64,000 nucleotides of DNA from Monocercomonoides exilis PA203 (GCA_001643675.2 LSRY02000017.1:310001-374000); one strand, 5' to 3'. Numbered from the stretch's first letter, positions 36,717 to 50,789 are shown. A program made the numbers and translations. Notes: generated by a model not told the origin, from the sequence alone.

Positions 36717-39700
36717 ATGTCACATACGATCATTGATTTTTTGCAATTTAATTCCACTTCCTTAAGGAAATTATTACAAGCAACAAATAAACTTGATAAA
36801 CAAATTCATGTTGTGCAAAGAAAAATGGATATATTACTTACTCTAAAACACATAGCAACTGCTTTAATAACTGAAAATACGAAAAAAACGAACAACATTT
36901 CTTCTGTATGTGACACCAATAGTAAATCGTCTGATGAACATGATTTGACGAAGTTAGATATTGCTGAATTGCGAAAATCTATTCATAATCTCAATATAAG
37001 TGCCATGATGAAATCTACAAATTCAACATTTAGTTCACGAATTAATAAACTCAAAATTCAGTCATTAAGCAACAGCGGTCTTCATTTAAGAAAGTCATCC
37101 TTTTTTGAATTTCGCTATCATTTTAATTTTCTTTATTTCAAACATGAAATTATGAAAGATCCATTAGATACACACATTTTAAAATTAAAGCCTATTGGAT
37201 ACGTTACTCACAAAATTAAATGCGATCCAGACGTTTCTGCCGATCAACAACAACTCCTTACTGAATCTGAAATACATATTAACAGTTGGACAAGAAAAAT
37301 GTTAACTGACATCTCCCCCAAAATGCTTCTTTGGGTTATATTTTGTTTGAATTATTATTTAAAAATTTTTGATTTGTTAATTTATTTTTAATGATTTTTT
37401 CAAAAAGTGAATGATTCAACAATTTGCTCCAAGCCTCGTCTTTTTGTGAATGTTCCTCGTTCTTGCGCACCAAAAGTTGGATTATTTGCAACCCGAAGTC
37501 CCTTGAGAGTAAATCCACTTGAGATACGAATTGCTGAAGTTATTGACGTTGAGATCAGAGATATTGAGGATTTCCATTCAGAAGATAAGGAAGCTGAATT
37601 AATTAATTCAGATGAATTAACTCTTTGCAAAACACTTAATGAAGTGAAGAAAACAACAGAAAGAGGACAACAACAAGCCTTATTGGGAAAAAATAAGTTG
37701 GTTATCAGAATTGCAGGAGATTATTTCCCAGGGCAAGCAGATGTTCTGGCAATCAAGGCATATCGGAGATGGTATGAGTGCTAATTTTGATTTTATGGGA
37801 AAAAATAATTAAAAATCATTGGTGCTTGATACATATCTTCACTTTGCTTCACTTTGCTTAATATTATACCTTTTCTTTTTATTTCAAAAATTTATTAATT
37901 TTTATTTTTATGTTTTTTCTACCAAATTGATCTCTCATCTTCTGAAATATTTTCTTTTATTTCCTTAAATCTCAACCAACTTAGTGAATGCCACCCGCTT
38001 TCTCCAGTCGGCTGGATGTCTGTCAACGGGATTGAGCAGTTGTGCCTTCGAGCTCAGAAAATAACAAGCAAATACCAGCACGTTTCAAATGATCCGAACA
38101 AGTTGGTTGAAGAAAGCAGCGATTCAAAAATTAAAACAGACAAAAAAGGATCAATGCAAACAGAGCAATTATCTCAGTCTGAGACACCTGATAAAGTTGC
38201 AGAAGGAGACTTCAAACAAACTGGAAAGGAAGAAACAGAAATGAAAATAACAAAGAAAGAAGATACTGGAAATGAAGAAGATAACAGCGAGGAAGAAGAG
38301 GAGGAAGAAGAGGAGGAGGAAGAAGAAAGCAACGACAACGAAGATGATGAAGACGAGAGCGAGAGCGAAGAAGACGAAGAAGACGAGGAAGAGGCAGAAG
38401 GAGAAGAGCGTCTTTCAACACTAAAGCTATCTGAATACGAGCCCGAAGACCATTTCACAAGCCACCTCGACCATCCATATTCTTTCCCTTCTTCTCTTCC
38501 TCCTCCGCTCATCCCAACTTTCTCCCCCATATCATCTCATTCGCCGTCATATCGCTCCATCCTGAGTGTCTCCCCAGTCACAGACAACCAAAGCTCACTG
38601 CCTGTCTTCGAATCCCTGGCAAATGGAGTGAACACAGCAAACATAGCCATTTCAGCTATTTCGGCAGTCTCAGCTGTGTCGGCCGTGTCGGCTGGTTCTG
38701 CAAATGTCGATGCGACTGGACGGAGTGTGGTCAATGTGTCTAGTGCATCCATGTCACTTGCTCGTCTTGCCAGCACCACGCCACCCACACCCCCAACATC
38801 TGGTGTGGCTGGATCGTCTTCTTCGCACGCTGCATCCACAGTTTCTTCATCATGTGGCGTTCAACAGCAATTACAGCTGCAGGCACAGATGCAAATGAGC
38901 TCTTCTGCATCATCTTCTTCGTCGTCGTCTTCATCTTCTTCATCTTCTTCATCATCTGCTCGGCGCTTGCTTGGCTCTCAGCAGCAGCAGCAACAACAGC
39001 AACAACAGCAAGCCCAGCCTTCATCTCATCTTGTCTCCCAATTCACAACGCCTTCTGCAAACACATCAATTCCTACTGAGCTTCTGGCAAGAAACACCCC
39101 ATCTGAACCTTCTGGTGCTTTGGCGAAGAGTTCTGAGGCGTTTCAGCTGATATCATCAACAGCTCTTATCACTTCGGGTGCAAAAGAAATGAAATGCACA
39201 GTCGAACGGAATAAAGAGAACGAAGACGATAAAACAAAGGAGCTAACAAAAGACTACAAGATCATTAAGGATGAAAAGGGAAATAAAAAAGAGGAGAAAA
39301 ACAGAAAAAACGAAACAAATGGGAAAGATAAACCGAAAATGAGAACTTTTTCTCGAAAGAAAGCGCATCCAGACGATGAAAAATGGGTTACCATCCAAAA
39401 AAAGGATACAACAACCCCTTCAACAACAGCAACCGCAGCAATGGCGACTACAAGATCAGCATATTTGGTTCAGCCTTCCTCTTCTGAAGCGTCACAGCCA
39501 ACAGCAATAGTACCATATACCTCTCCATCTGACCATCCATCTTCACAAGACGTGTCACTCGGCATCCTCCACCCGTTCTTCTCTTCTCTCCCTCCACACG
39601 AGCAGATCTTCCTCACACACCGCCACCACAACGTGCTGCAGGAGCTCTACCAGCAGCAAAAGCAGCACATCAAAGCAATCAAGCAGCTGCACCCGGAGTT

Positions 39701-42700
39701 TGTGCGGCCAGAAACACGTGCGCTTCTTGTGTCGCTTATGCAGCAGCTGCAGTCCGAACACACCAGCCGATTGATGCGCACGCTTTTCATTCTTGACTCC
39801 CAGCGCCGCCTCAACGCTGCCATCAACTCGTCCTTGGGGCAGACCATCACGTCGCTCAGCGGTGGGAGAAGCGACGAGAAAGGCAGGCACGCACCACACG
39901 TAGGCCAGCTGGCACAGCTGTCGAGGCTGAACCAGCTGAATCAGATGAGCCAGATGAGTCAGATGAATCAAATAAATCAAATAAGCCAAATGAATCAGAT
40001 AAGTCAGATTAGCCAGATGAGTCAAATAAACCAGTTCAGCCAGCTGCAGCGCCTGGGCGACTTCAAGAACATAGCGCAGCTCACACAGCTGGCGCAGATA
40101 AACCCGCTGGGAGCGAATGGCCGCATTGCAGAGCTCGACCAGCTGAATCAGCTGTCGCTGAACGAGGCAGAGCAGACGGTGTTGGGCTTTGGGCTGTTCC
40201 GACCACCGTCGTCGTCACACAGCAAGATAAAAGCACAGTGCAGGATTGTCTACAAGGGGAGAAGGAGGGAGTTTCCGAATGACTTTGATGAGGAGGAGGA
40301 AGAGACAGAGGAAGAAGAGGAGGAGGAAGAAGAAGAAGAGGAGGAGGAAGAGGAAGAAGATCTTGATGAATTTGAATTGATTCAAATAGGAGAAAAGACA
40401 AAAAAGGAGATGAGGCATCAGATGAAAAAAATAGAGAAAGCCCAAGCTCATGCAAAAAATGCTTCAGACAATAAAGTTTCAAATAGTAACATAAATAACA
40501 ATAATAATAATAACAGTAAAAGCAATAATTTTAATGCAGCTGCTCAAAGTTCAGACAAACACCAAATGCACAAAAGGGAAAAACCAGCCAAAGCTGAGCA
40601 TTTTGCTCGGCCGGCGAAGAATCCGCCGAAGGATTTTGAGAGTTATGGAATCAACATCATCAACAGACTGCTTGGTGTGGAAGATGAGAGCGAGAAGGAG
40701 AAGACAGGAAAGCGAAACAAGGGATTGCAGAAGAACGGGGGGAAAGATGATTTAATGATGATAAAAAGTGAGGAAGAAGAAGACGAAGAAGAGGAGGAAG
40801 AAGAAGAAGAGGAAGAGGAAGAAGAAGAAGAAGAAGGAGAGGAAGAAGAAGAGGAGGAAGAAGAAGAAGACGAGGCTGAGAAGAAAGAGAACTCACAAAA
40901 GCAAATGCATAATGAAAAAAATATTAATGAGAAGAAAGACACAATTTCAAACGATCAACACAATGAGACAGAACATCAGCGTCTTCCTGAGCAAACAAGA
41001 AGCCAAACAGGACAAGCATTCGAAGTGCATCTGTTTCCACTCAATTCTGAAGCAGATGCTGAAAATAGGAAAGCAACCCTCGCAAAAGCACAGCAAAGGA
41101 TGAATAGCAATGGAGAATTGAAAGTAAACAATGAAATGGGGTTGAATAATCAGCAGAAGGAGAGATTAAACAATCATACTGAAAGGGAGAAAGCAGAAGA
41201 AGGTAAAAGATTACCTCCGGAAATGAAGCGAGGACTCAACATTTTGGAGTACATTTCAGAGTTTGACAGAATCGATAGCATTGTAGAGAAAATTGAAGTC
41301 GATGAAAAATCTTCTTTGGCAGAAAAAGAACAGCAAAAAGAGACGCAAAACGGAAAAACTTCAGCTGAAGCAAGTGCTTCACAAGAAAATCAAGGACAAA
41401 ACAAACATGAAAAAGACAAAAATAACAATGGAAATGAAGCAATACAAATGGACAATAACAATCACACCCTCTCAAAGGAAGAAGAAGACGACGAGGACGA
41501 GGACGAAAGCGAAGAGGACGAAGAAGCTGGCAACGAAGAAGGCTCAGAAGAAGAAAGCAATGGCTACACAGACGAAGACAAGCACCGCACTACAAATCGT
41601 TCGATGATTGTTGACAGCCTGACAGTTTCATTGGGCTCACACGACGCTGTTATGATGGACGATGAGCCTGCCACTCTGTTTCAAGCACTCAAAACAGCCA
41701 CAAAGTTTGTGGAGCAGCAGAAAAAGGCGAATTTGAAGCAGAAAAACGAACAAAATGATCAAAAGGAGACAGAAGGCCCCATCAAAAGACGGTTCTTAAG
41801 ACACAAAGGGCAAAGACAAGAGCGAATAAACAATCGGATGAAGAAGGTGTCTTCTGCAATAAACACACTTCTCCGTCTGTCAGAAGACTTTGCGGCTGAT
41901 GTTGCGCAGCTTGATGTGAAGAAGAAAGAAAGTGAAGAAGAATTGAGTGACGTGGTAGAAAAGGAGAAAGAAGGAAACAAAGAGGAAGCTGAAAAAGAAG
42001 AAGATCACGAGGAAGAGGAAGAGGAAGAAGAAGAAGAAGCAAGCGGTGAAGCAAATGTTGAAAGCGACTATCGAGTGATTGGACAGCCACAGCAGAGCAA
42101 TAAAAACGAGGAAATTGACAATAAGAACAAGAACAATGCTTTAGCACATTCAGATGCAAGTGATAATGGACAAACTTTACTCAACATGTTGAAAGAGAAA
42201 GTGTCTGAAAGAGACAAAACACACAAACAGAACGAAAAACAAAGGAAAAGCCATGCAAAACCAACAGAGAGCAAACATAGGAACGCTATTAATGCTGTAG
42301 CATTGAATGGCATCAAGAACATCTTTTTGGACGATCCGTTTCTCGAACTGCTAACTTTGCAGGAGTTCAGACCAAACAGCACGCCAACTCCACTTGCTTC
42401 CATTGCATCGCCGACACCTCCACCGAAACCTTCATTTGTTGGATCATCATTGGATTTGAAAAACGCATCGGCTTCATCTTCTTCCTCTTCTTCCTCTTCT
42501 TCTCCTCTTCCTCCTTCGACCGCTGCAGCAGCAACTAAGAATGTTGAAGCTGTGACATCTAAACAACAGCAAAACATTTCTTTACAAAGAGTTAACAGCA
42601 AACAATCTACCACTACTTCTTCTTCGTCCTCCTCCTCTTCATCATCATCATCTTCTTCTTCTTCTCTTCAGTCAACTCCCATGCCAACCTCACAAAAGTC

Positions 42701-45700
42701 ATCAACATCCAACATGAAGCATTCATCATCAAATGTATATCCAGTTCCTCAGCCCCAGCAGCCTCTTGACAATCAAGCCCCCAAACCACTCGAAATCGCT
42801 GCATCTCCTTCTCCCTCTGCCTCTTTCAAGTTTATTTCAAGCTCTTCACTGCCTTCCTCACCGCACTCCACCATTTCGTCCTCACCCATTCTGTGCTCCA
42901 TTTACCCTGCTGCTTCCTCTTCGTCGCTGGATCCAGAACAAATAGTGGCAATTACACCCACTCCACAAACACAAACACAGACACGATCGCAATTGCAGCT
43001 GCAGTCACAGCTGCAGAAGTCGATAATTGTCCAGTCGTCTGTGGATGGCTCTTCTTCAATGCACAGCAGACATCATTCAACTTCGTCAACTCAAGGAAAT
43101 CATCAACAGATGAATCATAATCAACAAGCGAACACTCCAATAGCACCTTCGCACAACATCGGTAGCAATCCAGGCGCTTCCATGAACGCTTCACATTCTT
43201 CTTCTGCTGATTCTGCTGTAAATGTTCAAAATGAGCGCGTTGTAACTCAATCTTCTATGCCTTTGCGTCAACATCCTGTAAATGAATCTTCCTCTTTTGT
43301 CAAATCATCTGATGTCAATTCATCTTCATTTCAACCAGCAAACACTTCATCACACGCCACGCCTTCACTCCCCACCTTCTTCCACCCTTATTCGCCATCA
43401 CACACTTCATCCACTTATGCCCCCAACACACATAACATTCAAAACTCTTCTTCATCCTCTCCTTCTCCTTCTTCCTCTCCTCCTCCTCCTCCTCCTCCTC
43501 CTCCATCTTCTTCTTCTTCTTCTTCTTCGCAGCAACAGAATCAGCATCCGCAACAGTCTTCATTTCGCTCCAGAAGCCAGTCACTTTCCGCTTTCCCCAT
43601 TTCATCCTCAGCCACATCCACCTCACCATCTCCTTCCCCTTCTTTTCCCCATCCACAACTCCAGTCATATTCACTTGTTCAAAGAAGCACTTCTGCAATG
43701 CCACGTCAAATGCCCCCAAATTCCATCAAAACAACCAACCAGAACTATCAAACAATACTTCCCATGAACTCATTCCAAATCCAATCAACTCCTTCTGCTT
43801 CGTCTGCAATCACACCTTCGCAGGATCATCAGTCACCCCCTGTCCCAACATACTTGGCATATGAATCGCTCTCTTCTTTCATGAAATTGCCTTCTGCTTT
43901 GGAAGCTAACCAGACCAACACCACACAACACATCGCGCCATCTGACACTTATAATTTAAGCAATGCAATTTCTTCTGCCCAGTTTCCCACGCAAATGTCT
44001 AATTCTCCTTCCTCATTCATCTCTCAAACACAAATACAAACGCAAACACAGATGCCTTCTTCTCCTTCTTCTCACCTTCATTTGGTACAGTCTTCATCCA
44101 CTCCAAAAGCTCAATACACTTCTGGATTAGCACCTACAAACACTCACATGAATCAATCTATTGAAAATGCAGATGGTTTGACGAAATTTTCTGGAGTTTC
44201 TGAGCCAGTTGCTTCCTTTTCGGCACATTCGCAGTTAAAAGTCGTTCCCGGTTCGCCTTCTTCTCGTTTGATAACTACTCAGAAGGCTGGAGATACAATC
44301 CCAAACACAAACATGCCCAATTCATTTGTTTCTCATGTTGATTCAGGCGGAGCACACATCACAAATAATAGCACGCAAAACGACAGTCACCCGCTATTCA
44401 GCTCAAATGCACAAAAAGAAGGGCTTATCGTTAGAAGCAACACACTTTCAGGGAAGCCAAGCGGAAAAGCTAAGAAAATGGCTCAAAATACAGGGATAAC
44501 AAAATTTGTGGAGTCTTCTTCATTCCAAGACCTGTCGAAACAGTCAAATCTAAAGGCAAATGCGAAAAACAAACATCCAAAGGAAAGATCGCTCACACCA
44601 AATCGCATTTTTATGGCGCTTTTTGGGAATGGTGACGAGAGAAATAAAGACGAAGGCTCGAAGAAATGGAGAGCAGGCAATGAGGAAGAGTCTGGAACAT
44701 CGTCACAAAGCGATGAAAGCATAGAGGAATCGTCGAGCGAGACAGAAGACCACAAAAACACCAGCAGCGAAGGAGAAAGCGACACCTCTGAAGAAGACGA
44801 GGAAGACTATGAAACAAACTCGGCACTTCTAATTCCGTTTGTAAAGAGGAAAAATGGGCAAAAGTCGTTTTTTCACCATCCGCAGGTGATTCCTGCTTCG
44901 CGGATAGCGCTTCCGATGCCCATTCGAGTGGAACCAGTGTATTTGCAGGATGCAAAGCAAAACCAGCACTCCAAGCTGCATGAGTCAATTGTTGAAGGAG
45001 AGAAAGGAAACCCACTCAAAAAAGGAGATAGAGAAGATAACCACAAAAACTCAATAATCAGAGAAGAAGCAAATCATAACAGAGAATCATGCATTATCAG
45101 AAAGAGAACTTATAGGCGAAAAAAAGAACAGAATTTTGAAAAACAAACTTTACACTGGAAATTAGCACGTTCACTTTCAATGTGCTCTTTTTCGTTGGAA
45201 GATGATGACGAAATCATCAGCAATCATCCAAAAAGCATTTCTGTGTTCCCTTTCCATTTATCCTTACAAAAATCACATGAAGAAAAAGGAAATAACAAAA
45301 ACGAAATTAAAGACGCAGAACTTGTTCCACGAAAACATTATCTCAATCAGCTTACTGCTTCTTCCTTTCACATACAAAGAGAACCAGAATCTCTGGTTCT
45401 TATTCATTCTGTGTCTAATCCAATGACAAAACTTCGATCTGCTTCCTTCGAAGATTCCACAATCAGAAGGAATGAGCAGCCAATGAAAGTGCTAATTGAG
45501 CCGAATTCAACGGCATCAAATGAAAGAAGTGAAGAAGACAACCAGAATTTCTGCTGCTCACTCCCTGTGTGTTTAGAGCAGATGCGTTTGGATTCCAAGC
45601 ATCTCTCTGAAGAAGCCATCCAGTTCCATTCTGAAGAGTCGGAAGAACCGCCTTCTCCGCTTCAAATAACAGCTCCGTCAACTCCAGCTAAGTCACTGTC

Positions 45701-47002
45701 TCCACCCCCAGAAGAATTACAGTTGCAATCATCTGAACCGAATAAGTCGAATACTTCAGCTACTACTACAACTTCTTCTTCTTCTTCCACTTTCTCGTCT
45801 TCTGCGTCTTCAGCTGCATCTGATCATTCTTCTTCTGCAGCTGCAACTTCTGTTTTAACCTCTTCTTCTTTACCTTCTTCGTCTGCCTCTTCTGCCAGTT
45901 CTGCTTGTTCTTCTGAAAAGTCTGATTCTTCTTTATCGCATTCTGACTCACTGTCTCTTTCGTCATCGTTCTCACATGTTTTATCCTTTGATCTCCCTCC
46001 AATCGTTCATTCATATCAGATTCTCTCCAATCCTCTTAATGTCACATTTTCATCTGCAAATAATGCTCCAACTAATTCTTCATCTGCCTCTGCATCTTCA
46101 TCCTCTTCATCCCTTTTATCTTCTTCCACCACCGCCTCCTCCTCCTCTTCTCCTCCTGCCCCCTCCTCTCCAACACTCGATCCCATTCCAACCAGCTCAA
46201 ATACCTCTTCTGTTCCTGAGCCCATGAATTCAGCTGAGGCAGCCCTGTCTGTCATTCAGCAAGACTCCTCATCTATCTCAAAGCCTCGTATTTCTCCAAC
46301 CGCTTTCCTTCTTTCTGCTGTTTCTTCACCTTCTTCTGTTGTGCTAAAGGAGAAATGTGATTGGCTTCTGGTGAATGCCCATCTCAACATCCGCCTTATT
46401 ATTTCCGATGCTCTTGAAAATGATCCTCTTCTGGAAAATGTCTGTTGCTAAGTATTTTTATTGTGTTGTTAATTTTCATATTGATATTATTGTTCATAAA
46501 ATCATTTTTTGAATTTCTTTCTTCTATTTGTATATATTTGTATTTTTTTCAAAATGTTCCATCTTTCTTTCAAAGGGAAACAAGAGGCGCCGGAAGCAGC
46601 GAAGAGCAACTCGCTATTTCCCACACGAGAATGTGTTAGCTGTAGGCGCCTTTCGTGTGCTGTTTAATGTGATAGAAGAAGAGGACTTGAACAAAGAAGA
46701 CGACCCAACTGTCCGCTCTATAAAACCGTACCCAACAAAATTGAAAGTGTCTCAGATGTCAAAGCCCGTGGTTGTTATTCGAGACATTATATCAGGCTTT
46801 AGAAAAGATATCCTTGTATGTGCTTAGATAATTTTTAGCTTTTTTTTTACTGTTTTTCAAATTGTGTTTATATTCATATTCGTATTCGTATTTATAAATG
46901 TGATCTATGTTTTATTTATCATCATAGGAAAGCGATGGTCCTAATGATCCTTTGATTGCGCTTCATAATCGCTTTATTGAAGCATTCAAGCCTGGTGAGT
47001 GA
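36717..47002 (+). CDS. TrmO/TsaA-family (tRNA m6t6A37 methyltransferase-like) protein with giant low-complexity insert, ~3250 aa
   Basis: N-domain motifs LKPIGYV, LWVIF, VPRS..KVGLFATRSPLRVNP and VLAIKAY...HP...GW. Introns 37345-37407 and 37772-37984 join in frame to ORF 38016..46451. The end of that ORF (IRLIISDALENDP) plus exons 46576-46815 and 46928-47002 resemble the TrmO C-domain (LI.evL..DPr...F.V). The exact 3' end is uncertain (47002-47034). Confidence 0.72.
39906..40050 (+). repeat. 9-bp coding repeat giving a (Q-[LMIF]-[SNA])n tripeptide array
   Basis: QLAQLSRLNQLNQMSQMSQMNQINQISQMNQISQISQMSQINQFSQLQ. Confidence 0.85.
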
Positions 47003-47362
47003 TTACTTTTATTTTGTGTATTTCAGTTTTTTGAAAAGTTGTTGTGAAACCTTTGCAAATTTTTAGTGTTTATGATTGTTGAAAGTAGGTTTTAGCTTTT
47101 CATACTTTCTCTCTTTCTTTTTTTGATAATTTTTTTTCTCCAAGCTTAGAATTTATTTATGATTTATGTGGATTTTTAAAATGATAATTGCGCAGTACGA
47201 AATCTTCGTATGTATTGCAATTTTTAGTCTATAAATGGTGATTGTTATATGTTGATATATTTTTTCATATTTTTGTTGTCATTTTTCATTCTGTTTGAGA
47301 TAAAGATATATTCCATTATTCTTTTTTTATTTTCTTTTCACGCTTTTTTTCTTCGTTTCAGA

Positions 47363-50027
47363 ATGGTGTTTACCGTCCAATATTTTCGAATACAAGGGTT
47401 TTATTAATTTATTCTTTCATTATTATTATTATTATATTTTTAAGGCCCCTTGGAAAAATATATCTTGCAGCAAAAATAAATCGTAAACTTTCGAGGAAAT
47501 TGGCCATTCAAACGGATATTGCCAAAATGGCAAGAATGATTGATGATGAAACGGACAATCAGATGCATCAAGAATCTCAACTGACATCAGCAATGAAAAT
47601 GTGTGGATATCTATATTTTGGGCTCGTGAGGATTTACACCCGCAAGCTTCAAATATTTAGCGATGATCTCTTATCATTCCGTACAAAAATGAGCATTGTA
47701 TGAAGAAAATTTTATTCTTATTATAATGTTATCTGACAATTACCTTTTTTTTAATTGTTATCAACATATTTTAGACTCTTCAACCACCTTCAATATCTCT
47801 TCCATTACACATAAGGCAAAAAAGAAAAGCAAACAACATTCTTCCTGATAATTCTTTGAATATGCAATTGATGGATTCAAATCCTTTTGATATTATTGGC
47901 GCTCTTAATGTAATGGAATCATCTGCTTTTTCTTTGTCAGACTCTTTGCAAGATCATCAGAACTCTACAAGTAATGAACAAGATTCTCTTTCGTCTACTC
48001 CTTTTTCGACATTTGGAAAAAATTTTGATCGAAGACATGTTTTTGGGGAAGATTTAGATAATCTAGGAATTGGTGTAACGAGCGAAGCTCTGATCGGATT
48101 TGGATCTGGATTTTATTCTGAAGATGCTTCATTTTATTCATCACAGAAGGAAGAAACTCCACCAAATGGAGAGTTAGACAACGTACGCATTTTTGAAGAA
48201 GATGAAGAAGAGGATACAGGAATTGCATATGGAAATGATGATATTGGTGTTGAAGATAACGATACAATTGATGATCTAATAGAGTATGGTCAAGACTACG
48301 ATGAAGGTCAGCCTATTGTGCAAGAAAGAGAACGAGTTTTCGAAAGAACAAAAGAAATTTCACATTTGGCCCAAGAAAAGAATGTTAGATTGAAAATAAT
48401 GAAGAATCCTCAAGGTGGAGGAAATGTGAAACATAAAAGACTTACACCGCTTTTTCAGATAACTGATTTGGTCCAGCAGAGAAAAACACCTAATTTTGAT
48501 GGAAAGCCATTAAAGACACCTCTTGTGGCAGCTGAAGTTCATCGGAAGAGTGAAGAAGAAATGGAAGAAGAGCTTGCTCATTTGGAAACAAAAGTTGCAA
48601 AGAAGTACAAGGGACAGATAATCGACGACTTAACTGAGATCGGAGGTGAAGAGATGAGGCTTATTATCAGTAGCAGTGCGATACTTAGTCGAAAGACACC
48701 AAAACCAAAAAAAATAATTGATATATCTATTGACAAAAGTCATAATTCAACCGAATTGGGTTCAGAAGCATCCTCACCAACCATTGGAGCGAAGAACGAG
48801 CAAAATTTGATTGAATCAGAAAAAATCCCTTCTGAGTTAGAAAGCCAAAGAACAGTCTCATCTTGGTCTGAATTCAACAAGTCACAAGAATCCGTGGAAA
48901 TAATGCAATCTCCAGATGCATCACTGCCACTTTTTCCGAAATCTTTTCCATTAAACACAAAAATTCCAACGGCTGAAGCAGTGTTGGCCGAAGCATTTCG
49001 TAAAGTTGCAACAAGACGAACGTTTCGGGCAAGTTTATCAGATTCAGAAGATAGCGATAATGATCTAGACATGGAAACATGGAGGAGGAAAAACAAGGAA
49101 GACGAGGATAGTGAACTGGGGAAGAGTTTAACTCCCAGCATTCGCAATGAAGCAGAAGACAATTTCAGTTATACAGAAAGGGCAGGGCTCAGATCAATCA
49201 CTTCGTTTAGTGAAAGGATAAGCACAGCTCTTTTCTCAGAAACAGAAAATTCTCTTTTCTCAGCTCATGTCCGCAGAATACATACGACAACATCACCGTC
49301 AATTTTATTAACGCCTAGCGAGTTTATTTACACTTCGATGTTATCTCCGAAAAAGATTGAAGAACGCGATGAAAACAATGACCCGTTTATAGAAATGGAC
49401 GACAACGATTTTTCGGCAGATTTACCAGCAAAACAAGTTGAACTGCCCCGTAGCCCTCTTTCAGATTCTGAGACAATTACTCAGAACGATCACTTTGAAG
49501 ATGCCATCAGCGAAGTCAGCACAAATTCCTCAAGTTCAAGTGAGAAAATGACAGCAAGCCCGATTTCATCTGCTGGATCAGTCAATGAATCTGGTACTCG
49601 CAGCGAAAAGGGAACACAATTTTCTTTTTCAAAGCTATCTAATAGAATGTCTGAACAGCACAATAGAGAATATATAATTAAGCAGAGCAAGGTTCTCGAT
49701 GAAACAGCTCAGGCTTTCTGGATGCATTTGCATAAAGTGCTTCAGAGAAGAATGCCTAAAACACCTTCAAACACAACATCGCCTGCTACGAATAGAGAGA
49801 ATGAATTTGGAGGTGCTCAGCAAAACGATGAAAAAAATAGAAAAAGGAAAAAAACAGACTTAACTTTTACAAAGCTTTTAAAGGGATGCAAAAGGAGGAC
49901 AGTTGCGCTTGCTTTTTCGTCATTACTTTCTTTATCTGCTGTAGGACTAGTTGAACTTAAACAAGAATATCCTTATCAAGAGATTTTTATTTCTGACTCG
50001 TCTTCAGCAGACAAAGGCTCTTCTTGA
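47363..50027 (+). CDS. Alpha-kleisin cohesin subunit, Rad21/Rec8 family (3 exons)
   Basis: Spliced N-terminus QGPLGKIYLAAKINRKLSRK...TDI...MKMCGYLYFGLVRIYTRK (Rad21/Rec8 N domain). Central IIDDLTEIGGEEMR resembles the STAG/Scc3-binding segment. C-terminal winged helix LTFTKLLKGCKRRTVALAFSSLLSL...VELKQEYPYQEIFI. Introns 47398-47444 and 47698-47774. Confidence 0.92.
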
Positions 50028-50789
50028 CTGTTTTGTTTAATATTTTTTTTGTTTTTTCTTATCAATTTATGTGGAATGTTAGAAGTCTTTTGAAAAAACT
50101 TTTGTATGATTTTGATTTAACTTTTGATTTGTAAATAATTTACAATTTCCAAATTTGAAATAATATAATTTGTGTAATTGATAAATCTAATTCGAAATAA
50201 ATGAAAGAATATTATTTTGAATAAAAAATAATCTTTGTTTGCACTTTTAATAGATTAATTCATTTTTAAAAATAAAAATTATTGATAAAACATAATTCAA
50301 GATTAAATATTCAGTGAATGATTTTATTTTTCAAAAATTACCACTTTGGAAGATAAAAAGTACAAAACAAAAAAGTGATTTTAAATTAAGATAATAAATG
50401 TGCGTAAACAAAATCGCTCAGAAAAGAAAAGAAAAATGTAAATATGGAATTGTTGGGCAAAAAACATAAGCAAATGAGTTGTATGTGATACAGTAAATGG
50501 TACTGATGCCCAAAAAGATAAGACATAATCTGAAATGCTGTTTGAAAATTAACGACTGAAAAAAAGAAAGACAAATCTACATAGATGTTGTTTTGTGAGA
50601 TGGAAAAGAAACATATAATCGCAATATTCATAATCTAACTAATAAACGTAAAAGAAAACAAATAAACCCAACTACATATTCAGAAACATTGATTTACAAA
50701 ATATGTAACGAAAAATAGAACGTAAAAATTTATAATTTATGTAAATAATATCTTGTTCAGGGGCTAAAAAAAGACTTCTTTATGGGAAC

